A DNA stretch of 59,231 bases, the filler included, from Catajapyx aquilonaris (taxonomy: Eukaryota), in the NCBI GenBank assembly GCA_000934665.2. It is 2 parts of 2 records of this genome, joined end to end, with 100 filler letters (N's around TTAATTAATTAA, not from the genome) between each part and the next. Parts side by side here need not be neighbours in the genome. Positions count along the whole stretch, not along the records: positions 29,666 to 59,231 come from KZ539215.1; 1 more part is not named here. One strand, written 5' to 3'. The notes beneath the pieces were generated by a model. The model did no database searches. It saw only the letters and a program-made list of their open reading frames with translations, and had not been told where the DNA came from. The first letter of the stretch is position 1, and every line of letters begins with the position of its first letter. A program made the position numbers and the translations under genes. This document shows, piece after piece, positions 34,634 to 46,800 of this stretch.

Positions 34634-36514
34634 TCACTGTTTCGTGCGTTGTACATGCGATTTGTTAAAATGTAAACCCCAGTATAGTTCTCCCAATAAT
34701 GCAACGAACGCAACTATGCTTCCGGTCAAGAGAATCATAAAGGAATCGTCCACATGATTCCAGGTGAACTGCACATGTTCTTCTTCCATGCGATTCCAAT
34801 TATGGCGCCTTTTCGCCCGAACATTAATCATCGACAGATCATGGTCGTGAATTCTCCGCCAGAGAGTGTCTAGTCCAATGCTGTTGAAGACATTTGTCCA
34901 GTGGTCAATGTTCTCTGCGTAGACGTTGTCCTTCAGGACTATCGTTGAAGTGTGGACAATGGCCAGTGTGTCCGAGGACATGAAGGTCTCAGCATTGCGG
35001 TAGAGTGAGGCGTAATAAGCGATATCTTTCAATAAGGCATCAGACTCTAGAATTACAACGTCACCTGTCAGGATGTCATCGAAGCGCCTCTCGATATTAT
35101 AGCCTGGCACAACACGAATTTTTGCCAAAATCTCGGGGTAGGTCTCGCGGAACTCATTAACTGCTTCTTCTATGAACATTTGCACTAATCGAGAGGTTTC
35201 TATGGTGAAACTTGAACGACTCAGTTCTTGAATATCTTGAGGTATTTTTTCAACTGGAGGAAAAATCATGATGTGGAAGAGCTTGCTTTTGTAACATGTG
35301 CAGAATATCATGCAAAAATACATCCACGACGCCAGAAATATTCTGTATGAAGGAGACGTTGGTGACGGTGGTTCTTGCTCAACAATGAACCTCGCCAGAT
35401 ATTTAGAGACATGTAGAACAGATTTAAAGGGAGTGAACATTCCCTGTCGCCTATGAAACTTGGCAATAAATGACACGTATGCAACTGCAAGCAAAAAAGA
35501 TGCGAAGAAGAATGACCACGATTCAATTGTGTAAGGCATTGCTAATATCAATGGCGTTATTACGGGTCGTGGCTTACGTGCAATAAAGGTGAATCTGAAG
35601 GCATCATGAGGTGTAGCACAATCAAACAGTTGGTATATCAGGTCCAACACGGGAACCTTTGGTATGAAGGACAATTTTCCGGATCTAAAGTCTTCCATCA
35701 ATTGGAGGCTTTTGCCAGTGTCGGAGATAATGGCGTCGAAATTTACCTCTTGCATCCACCAGTGGAAGTTCATTGCCTTGCCCAAGAAGCACATGTGGTA
35801 GTCACCAGAGAATATGCTGCACGTTCTGTCGTTCATACTCCACAAATAAACACCTCTGAGACGCTTCCCATGTAGGTCCATTGCATAGTCTTTGAACAAA
35901 CTGTCCACAGACACTGATTCGATCTGTGGTTCTCCTTGGTCGCAGAAGAAACACACCGAGTGTGCCTTGAGAGCACCGTCGCCTCCTGTGCTCACCGACA
36001 CCTTGTACTTGAACTGCGAGGCCGGTTTGTCCAGCATGAAATCCGGACGAGTCGAGTCCCGTATCCAGAACAGGAACCGGTCCTTTGTCTTCCTCACTCC
36101 GAGCATCCCTTCGTCCGGGTCCAAAATGATGTCCATCATGTCCTCGTAGGTGTCCTGGCATGTCACAACCATGTGCACCAGACACTTGGATGAGCGGTAT
36201 GGCTCTCTGAACACGGCCGCATTGTCTCTAGATGTCGGTTGGCAATCCCAGGTGCTCTGAGAACTTGTCCTGATGAACACGGGTCGTCCAGATGACGTGT
36301 TGGACAGGAGTGTCTCCAGACTATGAGGGATTGGTGTGTCCGAGTCGTGGGTGATGGCCAGTGGACACTCCATGTCCATGACGAGATCACTTTGCAGAAT
36401 GTTGTTGACAAACTGAGGGATCTGATCGTCTATATCATGTTCAGATTTGAAAGTCACAAGGCTCGATGCCATGCTGACAAGGCAGAAAACAACGACTGCT
36501 CGCATCGACCCCAT
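34634..36514 (-). CDS. Divergent ionotropic receptor, intronless, 626 aa
   Basis: Same architecture and motifs as 32202-34082; tandem paralog. Confidence 0.88.
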   Translation of the reverse strand: MGSMRAVVVFCLVSMASSLVTFKSEHDIDDQIPQFVNNILQSDLVMDMECPLAITHDSDTPIPHSLETLLSNTSSGRPVFIRTSSQSTWDCQPTSRDNAAVFREPYRSSKCLVHMVVTCQDTYEDMMDIILDPDEGMLGVRKTKDRFLFWIRDSTRPDFMLDKPASQFKYKVSVSTGGDGALKAHSVCFFCDQGEPQIESVSVDSLFKDYAMDLHGKRLRGVYLWSMNDRTCSIFSGDYHMCFLGKAMNFHWWMQEVNFDAIISDTGKSLQLMEDFRSGKLSFIPKVPVLDLIYQLFDCATPHDAFRFTFIARKPRPVITPLILAMPYTIESWSFFFASFLLAVAYVSFIAKFHRRQGMFTPFKSVLHVSKYLARFIVEQEPPSPTSPSYRIFLASWMYFCMIFCTCYKSKLFHIMIFPPVEKIPQDIQELSRSSFTIETSRLVQMFIEEAVNEFRETYPEILAKIRVVPGYNIERRFDDILTGDVVILESDALLKDIAYYASLYRNAETFMSSDTLAIVHTSTIVLKDNVYAENIDHWTNVFNSIGLDTLWRRIHDHDLSMINVRAKRRHNWNRMEEEHVQFTWNHVDDSFMILLTGSIVAFVALLGELYWGLHFNKSHVQRTKQ

Positions 36515-37996
36515 TTTGAATATTGTTGGATCTCTTCTGTTGTACTTCTCAACTGCCCCTTCCTATATCTTGCATAAGTGTGTTTCGTCTTTCCTTTCCG
36601 GGTACGGAATCATCCAACAGAATAGTTAAAGACTGCATAACCGGTCAATAATACTAAGGTACTTGAGAAACCATTTCTGGATGAGCAGTCAAGTATAAAT
36701 ATAAGGTTACTCTTACCGTATACGCAGCAGTCATGCTGCTTGATGCAAGAACTATTGCAAAATGTCCCATCGATTGTTGTAGGCTATATACTGATACAGT
36801 ACAGCAAGCGGTACAGTGTACATTTTCATTCCTGGAATTGAATGGGTATCACCGGAATGTTATATGATTCACGAATATTATCACGTGTAATCTTTTGAAG
36901 GTAGGCCTACATATTGAAGCAATATCCTGACCATATCATCACCTGCTTTTCTTGTTGAACATTTCTCGTATCCGGATTGCCCTCTTCTGCCTTTTAAAAA
37001 TCTGGAAAATTCCAGACAATAATTCAGTTTTGTTTCCAGCAGCTGTGTGACTCCTAAGGTAGAAGGTCAGTGGGTGACCAGGTGTTCCTCTGGGAGAAAG
37101 ATGAGTAAAGTCAGCTGCGTGTCCTTGGAGAGGATTTAACTACTGGACGGACAGATAATTTCCACTGAGGGGCTGTCTGGAAGGGGTCGTACGAAGCGAA
37201 GGTCAGGTTGCAACAGACTGGACTTATCTCCCACCGGTTTTATTGCTTCAAGAACAAAAAGGAAGAAAAAAAATCATCCGGAAATCTTGCATAATAATTA
37301 TGTTTCCGAAGAAGCAGACCTTGCTGCACTCGAGTATTTACAACATTTTTACACGGGACTATATAAGGCAAAGTGTTGTCAAAACTAACATTAAATTAGC
37401 AAATTAATGAATAATAAATTTAAACGTAATTAAATAATGGACATCAATGATAGCACGTAAATTAATGTAAAGTAGCATATTTGCACAATAAATTGAAATC
37501 AATTAAATAAATTACATTGATCACAACAAAATAATAAAATAAACCATGACACAATTAAAAATAAAAATACATCAAAAATAAAATAACGAAATAATGATAA
37601 TTATATAAACAATAAAGTATAAATTAACACAGAAAACACACCAAATAAATAAATCCAGAATAATACACTAAATATATGCACTAAAATATATACAGAAATA
37701 ACTAATACACCAAATAAGTGGATTAAATAAATGAATGGATGAATGAATAAATAAATAAAAATCGTGTCCTACGCGTATAAATTTTTAGGGAAATTACTGC
37801 GCACTTTCACATTTTTCCCTACATTTAATTGCCACCTATTGCGCATGACGGATTGACGGCACTAATATATTGTTTGCACGAAATAATTAACTCCTAGTTG
37901 TCCATCTTTGTAATTTAAACTCGCCCCCAAAAAATTCGAGCTTTGAATATTTGCACAGATAAAATTAGCATCATTGCAATTTATAGGTCTCTATAA

Positions 37997-38044
37997 TATC
38001 GATACGCTAAACTTGGCAGTATCGATATATCAATCGTATCGATA
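37997..38044. promoter_or_regulatory. Three DRE motifs (TATCGATA), probable housekeeping-type promoter of the DENND4 gene
   Basis: TATCGATA at 37997-38004, 38020-38027 and 38037-38044. A GC-rich stretch follows, with a YY1-like AAGATGGCCG at ~38366. Function is inferred. Confidence 0.55.
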
Positions 38045-38553
38045 TGTCTTAAGACACGGGAAGGGGGGGAGGGAGGGAGGGAGGGGGTGGTGCGGGGGCG
38101 GATTTGAAAATAGCCGTTATATTAGTTCGCAGCTATTTCACAATTGCTACAATTGTGCACTATGGAACATTCGGGACCAATTTTTGCAGGTGAACGGGTT
38201 CGGTTGGGTTCGGCTGAGCGAATTTGCAGGTACCATCTATTTATTGTAAGTAATTGTCGAATCATCAGCCACATTCCAAGCCTCTGTTTGTTCCGAGGTA
38301 GCGGTTACTTTCCTCCAGCCGTTACGCTACATCCGACCCCCCCCTTTTCCTGGCAGGTCAGAACAAAGATGGCCGCCGTTCGAGGTCGTTCGTCTGGAAT
38401 CCCCACAAAAGAACGGAGATAAAAACAGAACGAAGGAAGGATCGCTCTTGTTTGTTAGCAGGCTTGCCTGGGGGGGACCACCAACCCTCTGCCCCAGGAC
38501 CAGGCCTCGAGGTAACTGGGCCTCCAGCATGAGGGAGACGCCTCTGTTCGATT

Positions 38554-38592
<39 letters not shown>
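38554..38592. repeat. (GA)n microsatellite
   Basis: Visible directly as a gagaga run. Confidence 0.9.
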
Positions 38593-38596
<4 letters not shown>

Positions 38597-38890
38597 AAGG
38601 TTTGTTACGTGATTGTTCTTGTTTTATGGGATGTCTGCCCTTCAGGCGTGGTTGGGACAAGGCAAATTGGGGAGGAGGGATTATATTTGGGTGGTAGCCA
38701 GATTGTGTGGAGCCCAGGTTCGAGGGTGCCTGACATGGTTTAACGCTGCACGGTCATTGCGACAGCGATGGCCAGTGGTGTCCAGGTATAATATTATTAA
38801 TAATGATGATAATACTAACAGTCAACAACATCACGACATTTCCCTATGAGGGGTAGTCAGCGATGAAGGGAGGCGCAAGCTAACCCAACA

Positions 38891-39633
38891 TATTGTAAAT
38901 AATAGTTGTAATAATAATATTGTACATAATAGTTATAATAATATTGTACATAATAGTTATAATAATATTGTACATAATAGTTATAATAATATTGTAAAAG
39001 TTATAATAATATTGTACATAATAGTTATAATAATATTGTAAAAGTTATAATAATATTGTACATAATAGTTATAATAATATTGTAAAAGTTATAATAATAT
39101 TGTACATAATAGTTATAATAATATTGCACATAATAGTTATAATAATATTGTAAAAGTTATAATAATATTGTACATAATAGTTATAATAATATTGTAAAAG
39201 TTATAATAATATTGTACATAATAGTTATAATAATATTGTACATAATAGTTATAATAATATTGTAAATAACAGTTATAATATTGTAAATAATAGTTATAAT
39301 AATATTGTAAAAGTTATAATAATATTGTACATAATAGTTATAATAATATTGCACATAATAGTTATAATAACATTGTACATAATAGTTATAATAATAGTGT
39401 ACATAATAGTTATAATAATATTGTACATAATAGTTATAATAATATTGTAAAAGTTATAATAATATTGTACATAATAGTTATAATAATATTGCACATAATA
39501 GTTATAATAATATTGTACATAATAGTTATAATAATATTGTAAATAACAGTTATAATATTGTGAATAATAGTTATAATATTGTGAATAATAGTTATAATAA
39601 TAATAATATTGCAATAATAATAATAATAATAAT
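38891..39633. repeat. AT-rich minisatellite of 24-bp and 20-bp units
   Basis: Interspersed attgtacataatagttataataat (24 bp) and attgtaaaagttataataat (20 bp). Confidence 0.95.
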
Positions 39634-40874
39634 AGTGTAGGGTGAGTCGGGATGGGGAAATAATGGTGATGCAATTGATTTAGGTGCGGTTGTGGCTGTT
39701 GCTAATACCTGGGATTGCTTCATGGGTTATTACGCATGTACATAATTTTTGTTATGTTACGAGCATTGCATACTTTGTGCATCATAGCTTATTATCACAT
39801 ACACAGTACACGCAATTTTTTATCGTGGAGTATTGGCACCTTGTACGTGCCGAGATATGTTGAGAATTTCCGATGTCGTATTGTCAGTAGCGTTAATTTG
39901 TTTCGCTAATTGCGAAACTTACTTTTGGAGTGTAATAATCTTGCATTATTGCGCTAGTGGGATTGTTCAAGTCCCGCCACTTCATCTTCGGAGTTGTATA
40001 AGATGCATATTATTTAAATGCTAAATTCATTCGTTGTGTGCGACCTTCTAATATTGCTTCAGACTACATTACTTCAGCGAGACTAACATGATAAATATAC
40101 CTAAGAAACAGATGTAGACGCAATTGGTTACAAATATGAGGATTATCCTAAAACGGATCTTTTTTCGTAAGTTTAAAAAAAAAATGACAGTGTTTGCATG
40201 CCACAAAATAAATAATATTGCCATATGTTTAAGATTGCATCGCAGTTACACATAAGTAGCGGCCAAGGTGGAACAAATCGCATCGGAAATATTCCGAGTG
40301 TAATTCCAATATCATGACACAAGGGCACTATTTCCAACAAAGGCTGCTGTCCGTCAGTAGCATGCAACATGTCTTATCAAAAAAAAAGACGTTGGCAAAT
40401 ATGCATTTCAACACAATCTATTGTATTGTCCAACTGATCCTGGTTCATACCAGTTTTTTTCTTCTTCTTCTTTTGGATAAACTTTTAAGTGCGGTTAAGC
40501 TGCGCAATTTTTCTATTTTAATTTCGTAATAATTGTTGCAAATTCCTATTTGCGCTAATGATGTAATTTATGTGTTTTTTTATTGTGTGTGCAACTTAGC
40601 ATGAATTGTGTTGTGTAATTGGAAGTCATCAAGGTAAAGTTTCGCTTCGTCATGCCAATCTGCTTTTTGTTTTGGTAATTACAGTTTGGCTTACAAATTT
40701 TTGAATCAGTATGTGTTCACTTTCGAAGCGAACTGATTACCTAGCACATGACATTGTTGCATAGTAATGTGCATCCTCAGTTGTGCAGTTTTGTTGCACC
40801 TTACACGACACGCTGCTTCTACTGTTCAGGTTGTAACTTTCTCATCATTTTCCAGGTAGAGAATCCTACGAAAG

Positions 40875-43800
40875 ATGGACGACCGCAGGGTAGCGGACTA
40901 CTTCGTGGTCGCAAACCTCCCTGAGAAGAGATCCCGCCTGAACGAGTTCTCTTACGACGGGGCCCACCTGAAGCCAACCCATGACCAACCCCCAGTGACG
41001 GACATAACGGTCGTGTTTGCTTCGTTGGGAGAAAGCGTCCCCAAAGGTTACGTGTGCATAGAAGCCACGCCTACGGGATTCCCAGCGGACCTTAACCACG
41101 GAAGTCTCAGGAGTCCCGAGGTCTACCTATGCTTCAGAAGAGGGCGGGACAAACCTCCACTTGTTGATATTGGGTATGTCGCTTAATGCAGAAAAAAAAT
41201 AATTAGTGCATAAGCTTGGGGACAATCGTTTATGCGTTGTCTGCTGACAGGAAGTGACACATTATCACTCGTCGTGTTATTTTTATCCTTGTATTCAGGG
41301 CATATCGCACTCGATGCTGTTACGTCATTGCTTTTTAGAAGGTTGTGGTCATGCATCTGACTTTTTTCCCCCTCTGTGGTTAACCACAGTGTCTTGTCAT
41401 GCGTAACTTTTTCCCCACTTTAGGGTGACATAATAATGAGCGGATGGCTGGAAAAATATTTTATTTGTAATGCTTTTTATCGATGATAACGACGGTGGAA
41501 GTGCGTAAATTTGTTTTTTTCTGAGCATTCGTTTAACCTTGCTTGTATAGCGTATTTTTTTTCACGAAACCTTCAGGAAATTTTAATTAATTAAACATTT
41601 TACCACTTTAGGGTCATATGATGAGTGGATTGTCGCAAAATGCATTTACTTGTAACGTTTTTATCAGAATAACGACGGCAGAAGTTCAGTAAAAAAATTG
41701 TCTGAGCCATTGCTTATCTTTGTTTGTATAGAGGATTTTTTTTTCTTCTTCTGGGAAGCCTCCAGGCAATTTTTAATTAATTCATTTAATTAACTCATTA
41801 AAAACTTGAGGGTGATATAATAACGAGCATGTGGTCACAAAAAAGATTTAATTACAGAAGTGTAAATGGTTTTTTTCTGAGCATTCGTTTAACCTTGTTT
41901 GTAGAGCAGATTTTTCTACCTTGAGGAAATGTTAATTCATTAATTCACTTAATTAATCAACCACTTTATAGCGATATACGTAATAATACGTAATAATGAG
42001 CTGATGGTCGCAAAGAGATTTTACTTGTAATGCTTCTTTATCGACAATAATGAGGAAGTACATAAATGGTTTTTTATGGACCGTGGTTTTCCTTGTTTGT
42101 AGAGAGCTCGATCCACCTATTTCGGACTCGATTCATTACAAATTATTAAGTATTACGCTAGGTGTTGAAGCGCTTCGGCAAATGACCAGAATGATTTGAC
42201 TTTTTCAGAGTGATGTTTGAGGGTAAGGAGCGATTGATGACCGACTCTGAGGTAGTCCTTTCCACTCCGTACTCTCGATGTGCGAACGTGAACAACTCCG
42301 GAGCACGCACCTTCTTGACCTACCGCCGTGCGTTAGAGACCAACCCATGCAACGAGCTGGTGGTGACGGACATATGCGTCATCCTCACCAACAAAGGGGA
42401 GATGCCTCCGCATGCATTCTGCATGATCCCGAAGAACCTGAACAAAGGAATGGTCAGTACGAAATCAGCGGATAATCCAGATATGGTCTAATCGCCATGC
42501 AATTACAGGTGGGCTCGGATGTGTACCTGTGTTATAAGAAGTCGATGAATCATTCCGATCTGATATCGTTCGATCCTGGAGTCCTGATGAGGTATCCGAC
42601 AGAAGATCGCGAGCAGCTGCCATTTCCGTCATCAGTCGCCATGTTCTGCCTGCCTCTCGGAGCCACACTTGAAGTTTGGCCGAGGCGAGCCCAGAAACCC
42701 AGGCCCGTCTTCTCAACATTCGTGCTCACAGTGTCGGATGTGTCGGTGGAGAAAGTGAAGAAGGTGTACGGATCGGCTATCACATTCTACGAGAGGTTTC
42801 CTATGGATCAGTTGAAGGATGACGAACGAAAAGATTTGAACTTGGACACCAACGAGGAGAACAGGACACTGAACACGAACAAGTGCATATGCGTGTTGTC
42901 GCACTGGCCTTTTTTCGATACTTTCGAGAAGTACTTGCTTTTTCTCTACCGAATGTCAATCACCGGTCCGCATCCAGTTCCGATTGAAAGGTTCGTTACA
43001 TCGCAGTGGGGTTTTTCATGTACTGATCATCCTTTTTTTTGCGTAGGTACATATGCCATTTGCTGGAGGACACACCGTTTCCATCCCCGCAACGGCCTCG
43101 CATCCTCGTGCAGCTATCCGGATCCGAACGGGTCATACTGAGCCAGCCTGAGGACATCCCGCTTCCGAGGAGCGGAGCCAGTTTCCGGAAGCTGCTCACT
43201 AATCTGGGACCAGACAACTGCCTGCTTGTGCTGTTACTGGCACTGACGGAGCAGAAGATACTCATACACTCGCTAAGGCCCGATGTCCTCACTGCTGTGG
43301 TCGAGGCCGTCTCGATGGTAACTGCTGTCGGCTTTAAGCAATATGGAAATAATTAGAACGATGTGTCTCTTTCAGATGATCTTCCCGTTCCACTGGCAGT
43401 GTCCGTATATTCCGCTGTGTCCCTTGGGCCTCTCGGACGTCCTGAATGCACCGTTGCCGTTTCTAATCGGCGTGGACTCCCGCTTTTTTGACATGTATGA
43501 TCCACCCCATGATGTTCATTGTGTCGACTTGGACACCAACACTGTTTCGCTCGGGGAGGACGGCCGAAAGATCAACCTTTCCACTAAGATCCTGCCTAAG
43601 AGGCCGTCTCGTGTTCTTCGCGCATCGTTGCAGGCGTTGTACCAGCGTATGCAGCTGTTGGCCAGATGCGGACTTGGATTAGAGGATCAAGCAAGCAGTA
43701 GGGACACCGGAATCGACCGGGATTTTAGGTACGTTTCAGTTGCCGTCCATCTCGACTAGTCATAATGAGTATGTAATTCCAGGCTACGTCGCAAGGAGCT

Positions 43801-46800
43801 TCTACTGGAGCTGGAGATTCAAGATGCATTCCTTCGCTTCATGTCAACCATACTCCGCGGATATCGCAACTACCTCTTGCCCATCACCAAGGCGCCGACC
43901 GTGGGAACGACCGATGCATCCTCACTCTTTGACCTCCAAGGTTTCCAACGTTCACGAGACAAGACGCATCACAAGTTCTTTACCCTCGCTATGAAGACGC
44001 AGATGTTCATACGATTCATCGAAGAGCGCTCGTTCGTCTCGACGTTGGATCAGAGCTTGGCCTTTTTCGATGAGTGTGCTGAAAAGTGCGACCAGGAAGG
44101 TGAGACAAGGTTGCTGGAGTTGGACGACGGGACGCAAGCAAGCAGCGAAAGGACGGTGTTTGTGATGCCTCCCGAGCCGCATGGTCTGCCATCGGGGGAA
44201 AGCTATGAGTATCCGGAGGTAAGTACTTGTTATTTCATAAATTGGGCTAAGCGATCCAACAATAACTGTTTCGCCATGCAGGGATTTCAATTGAACCCAG
44301 ACCTGTTCACAAAGCGAGATCCAATGAAGGACAATTTAGGAGTCCCAGCAAAAGCGAGCATTACGCCTGGAAGTCCAATCGCAAGGCGGACCAAACAGGA
44401 GATCAAGTTGTCTCAGAAGAAGGCGAAGAAGTATGCGGAGACACCTATGCTCTGGGCAAAATGTCTTCTCAACACCTGCTTTAGGTTTGTTTCTATAATT
44501 CTGTGATTCGCATGTACCTAACTCGATTGTCTACGCAGCTTGTGGTTTATCCATCTTCCGAGTCATGTGATGGTCGCTCCGTCCAAGTCAGTCGCACTGT
44601 GGTCCGCATATGATGTCCTCGTCCGCATGAAGAAGGCTCGTCTTCACCCAGCGGATGAGGTGTGCTATCGGGTCATGATGCAGCTGTGCGGTGCTTACTC
44701 GCAACCAGTCCTTGCCGTTAAGGTGCTCTTCGAAATGAAGCGAAGCGGCGTACTACCGAACGCAATTACATACGGATTTTACAACAAGGTACACGAAAAA
44801 TTCTTTATATGTTTTTACATGCTTCTTACGACTACGATGCAAATTCCAGGCCGTGCTGGAAGCTCAGTGGCCGTCGCATATGACTAACTCAAGCCAGATG
44901 CTTTGGAACAAGCTGAGGAATGTGATTATCGGAGTGGCTCACTTCAGGCGAGCCGCACGACGAGGTGCGAGGCGGAAGTTGAGCATGTCCGACAGTGGCG
45001 GGATGGTGGACCCAGCGGCGGATGACAGAGTGTCGAGATGCTCTGTTGAAAGTGGGAATTCTACAGCTCCTATGGAAGCTGACAAGTCGAAGGAAAAAAC
45101 CGAAGAGCCGCTAAAGCATATCGACTTTACAGCCTCGGACAGCTTCAGGTAAATATTATTGCAGATCGTTATGCTGTAGAATCGTAAAACTGTGTCTTTT
45201 CGTAGGAGTCGCGTCGGTAGCATAGTCCGCAGCTCGGCCAGCTCCCTCGCGACTGTCTCCGCTTTACCGACACATCCAGCCAACAGCAGCGCCGGACTTC
45301 TAATGACAAGCCAACTGGCTGATTCCGCCGCCAAACCCACCGGTGTCAACCGAGGAAGCAACAGGAAGTGGCGTCACCAGAGCGCAGGAGCCGCCGAGTT
45401 TCAAGGCCAGAGGTTACGGCACGGGAGCGACACCAGCAAAGGACCAGCGGAGAAAAGCCCGCCTTTCAGTGTAATGCGATCTGAAAGTTTCGCTAACGAC
45501 GCGCAGATACTGGAGAAGCTGAATAAGTTGGGACCAAGCCTGGAAAAGCTGGACAGCATGGAGAAGCTCGACTCGGGACCAGATTTGACTAAAGTTGGGA
45601 CGGACAAGGATTGCAGGCAGTGGAATGGAGGACTTAGCGATGCTGTTGGCCATGAGAATCCCGATTGCAGGCAGTGGAATGGCGGGGTTGATGCGGATAT
45701 CACGCGACGTTCATCCGAAAGCAGGTATGTCCTATATACGATCGTCAAGTCGCCCGTACTAAAATTGATCCCATCAGATCCGGAAGCCAGGATTCAAGCC
45801 TGGACCAACGAATAACGGACTTTCTGCTGTCTGGCAATCGCGACAAATCCGAGGACCGCAGCTCATCCGAGGTCCTAGAAGAGGATGAGGAAGAAGAGTC
45901 GGATGACAAGGTTGACCTGATGTCCACCCCGATATTGGAGACTGGTCAGAGGTCGCCTAGCATCCCGATCAAAAGGTCACCTGTTAGCCCCACGCGAGTA
46001 CCAGTGACTGAGAATGATCCTCTTGGTGCGTTGGGCGGAGCGATTGCGGAGGAGCCAACTCCGGCTGAGGAGGTCAAGGTTCAGATGCACAGGTCGTCCA
46101 CGATGCCTCCGAGGTCACCCAAGCAGCCGAGAGGAAGCGACCCAGGAGTTCCGACCGTGGCAAAAGCTATGTCGCAGTCGCCCAGCATGGCATCGAGTCT
46201 GTCCAGCATCGGATCAAGCTTTAAACTTCCGTTCAGGTAAGCCGAAATGATTAATCACGCCGCACAATTAGAGCAAGTCACACATTCAACATGTTCGTAC
46301 GAACTGCAGGGCCCAGAAATTTCGCAACGAGCAAAGGATTTTAATTGCGCATGCGTCTTTGGTTACTATCTTTTGTGCATAGCATGGCAGGCATTTTGAG
46401 CATGGTTATTTTTTTTTTTCATTAATTTTTTAAGCACATCTAAGGTATAGTAATTTAATTTACAGCAGTACAATTTCGTTGGGCAAATTTTTTAGTTATA
46501 TTGCAACGACAGGATAATGATGCTATAATAATTGATCAGATTTTTCATGAAATAATTTTTTACTCTTATTAGGATGGATTAACGATTTATTAATTTTTTT
46601 TGTGATTAAGTTGTAGGTTTTCTGTAGCCGATATTGCATCGTTTTTTCGTTGTAATTACGCAGCTTTTGTTTGGGTGTCGGGCGCATTTAAATGTTATTC
46701 AAATTACCGAAGGGAACTATTAGTGATGCAATAATTCGTTTAGAGAAATCTCTTAAAGAGCATATAATTTTCTGCCGAATGGATTAACGATTTATTAATA

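Noticed and set aside
4116..36514. A single functional operon-like system linking calpains, protease, innexins and IRs
   Set aside because: Neighbouring tandem families in animal genomes need not be co-functional, and an artificial join lies inside the interval. Co-expression data would be needed.
36940..37240. GC-richer patch that might be an exon
   Set aside because: The frames I translated were short and unrecognisable, so no gene can be supported.
39294..39674. Tyr/Asn/Ile-rich 126-aa ORF
   Set aside because: It is a translation of the AT-rich satellite.
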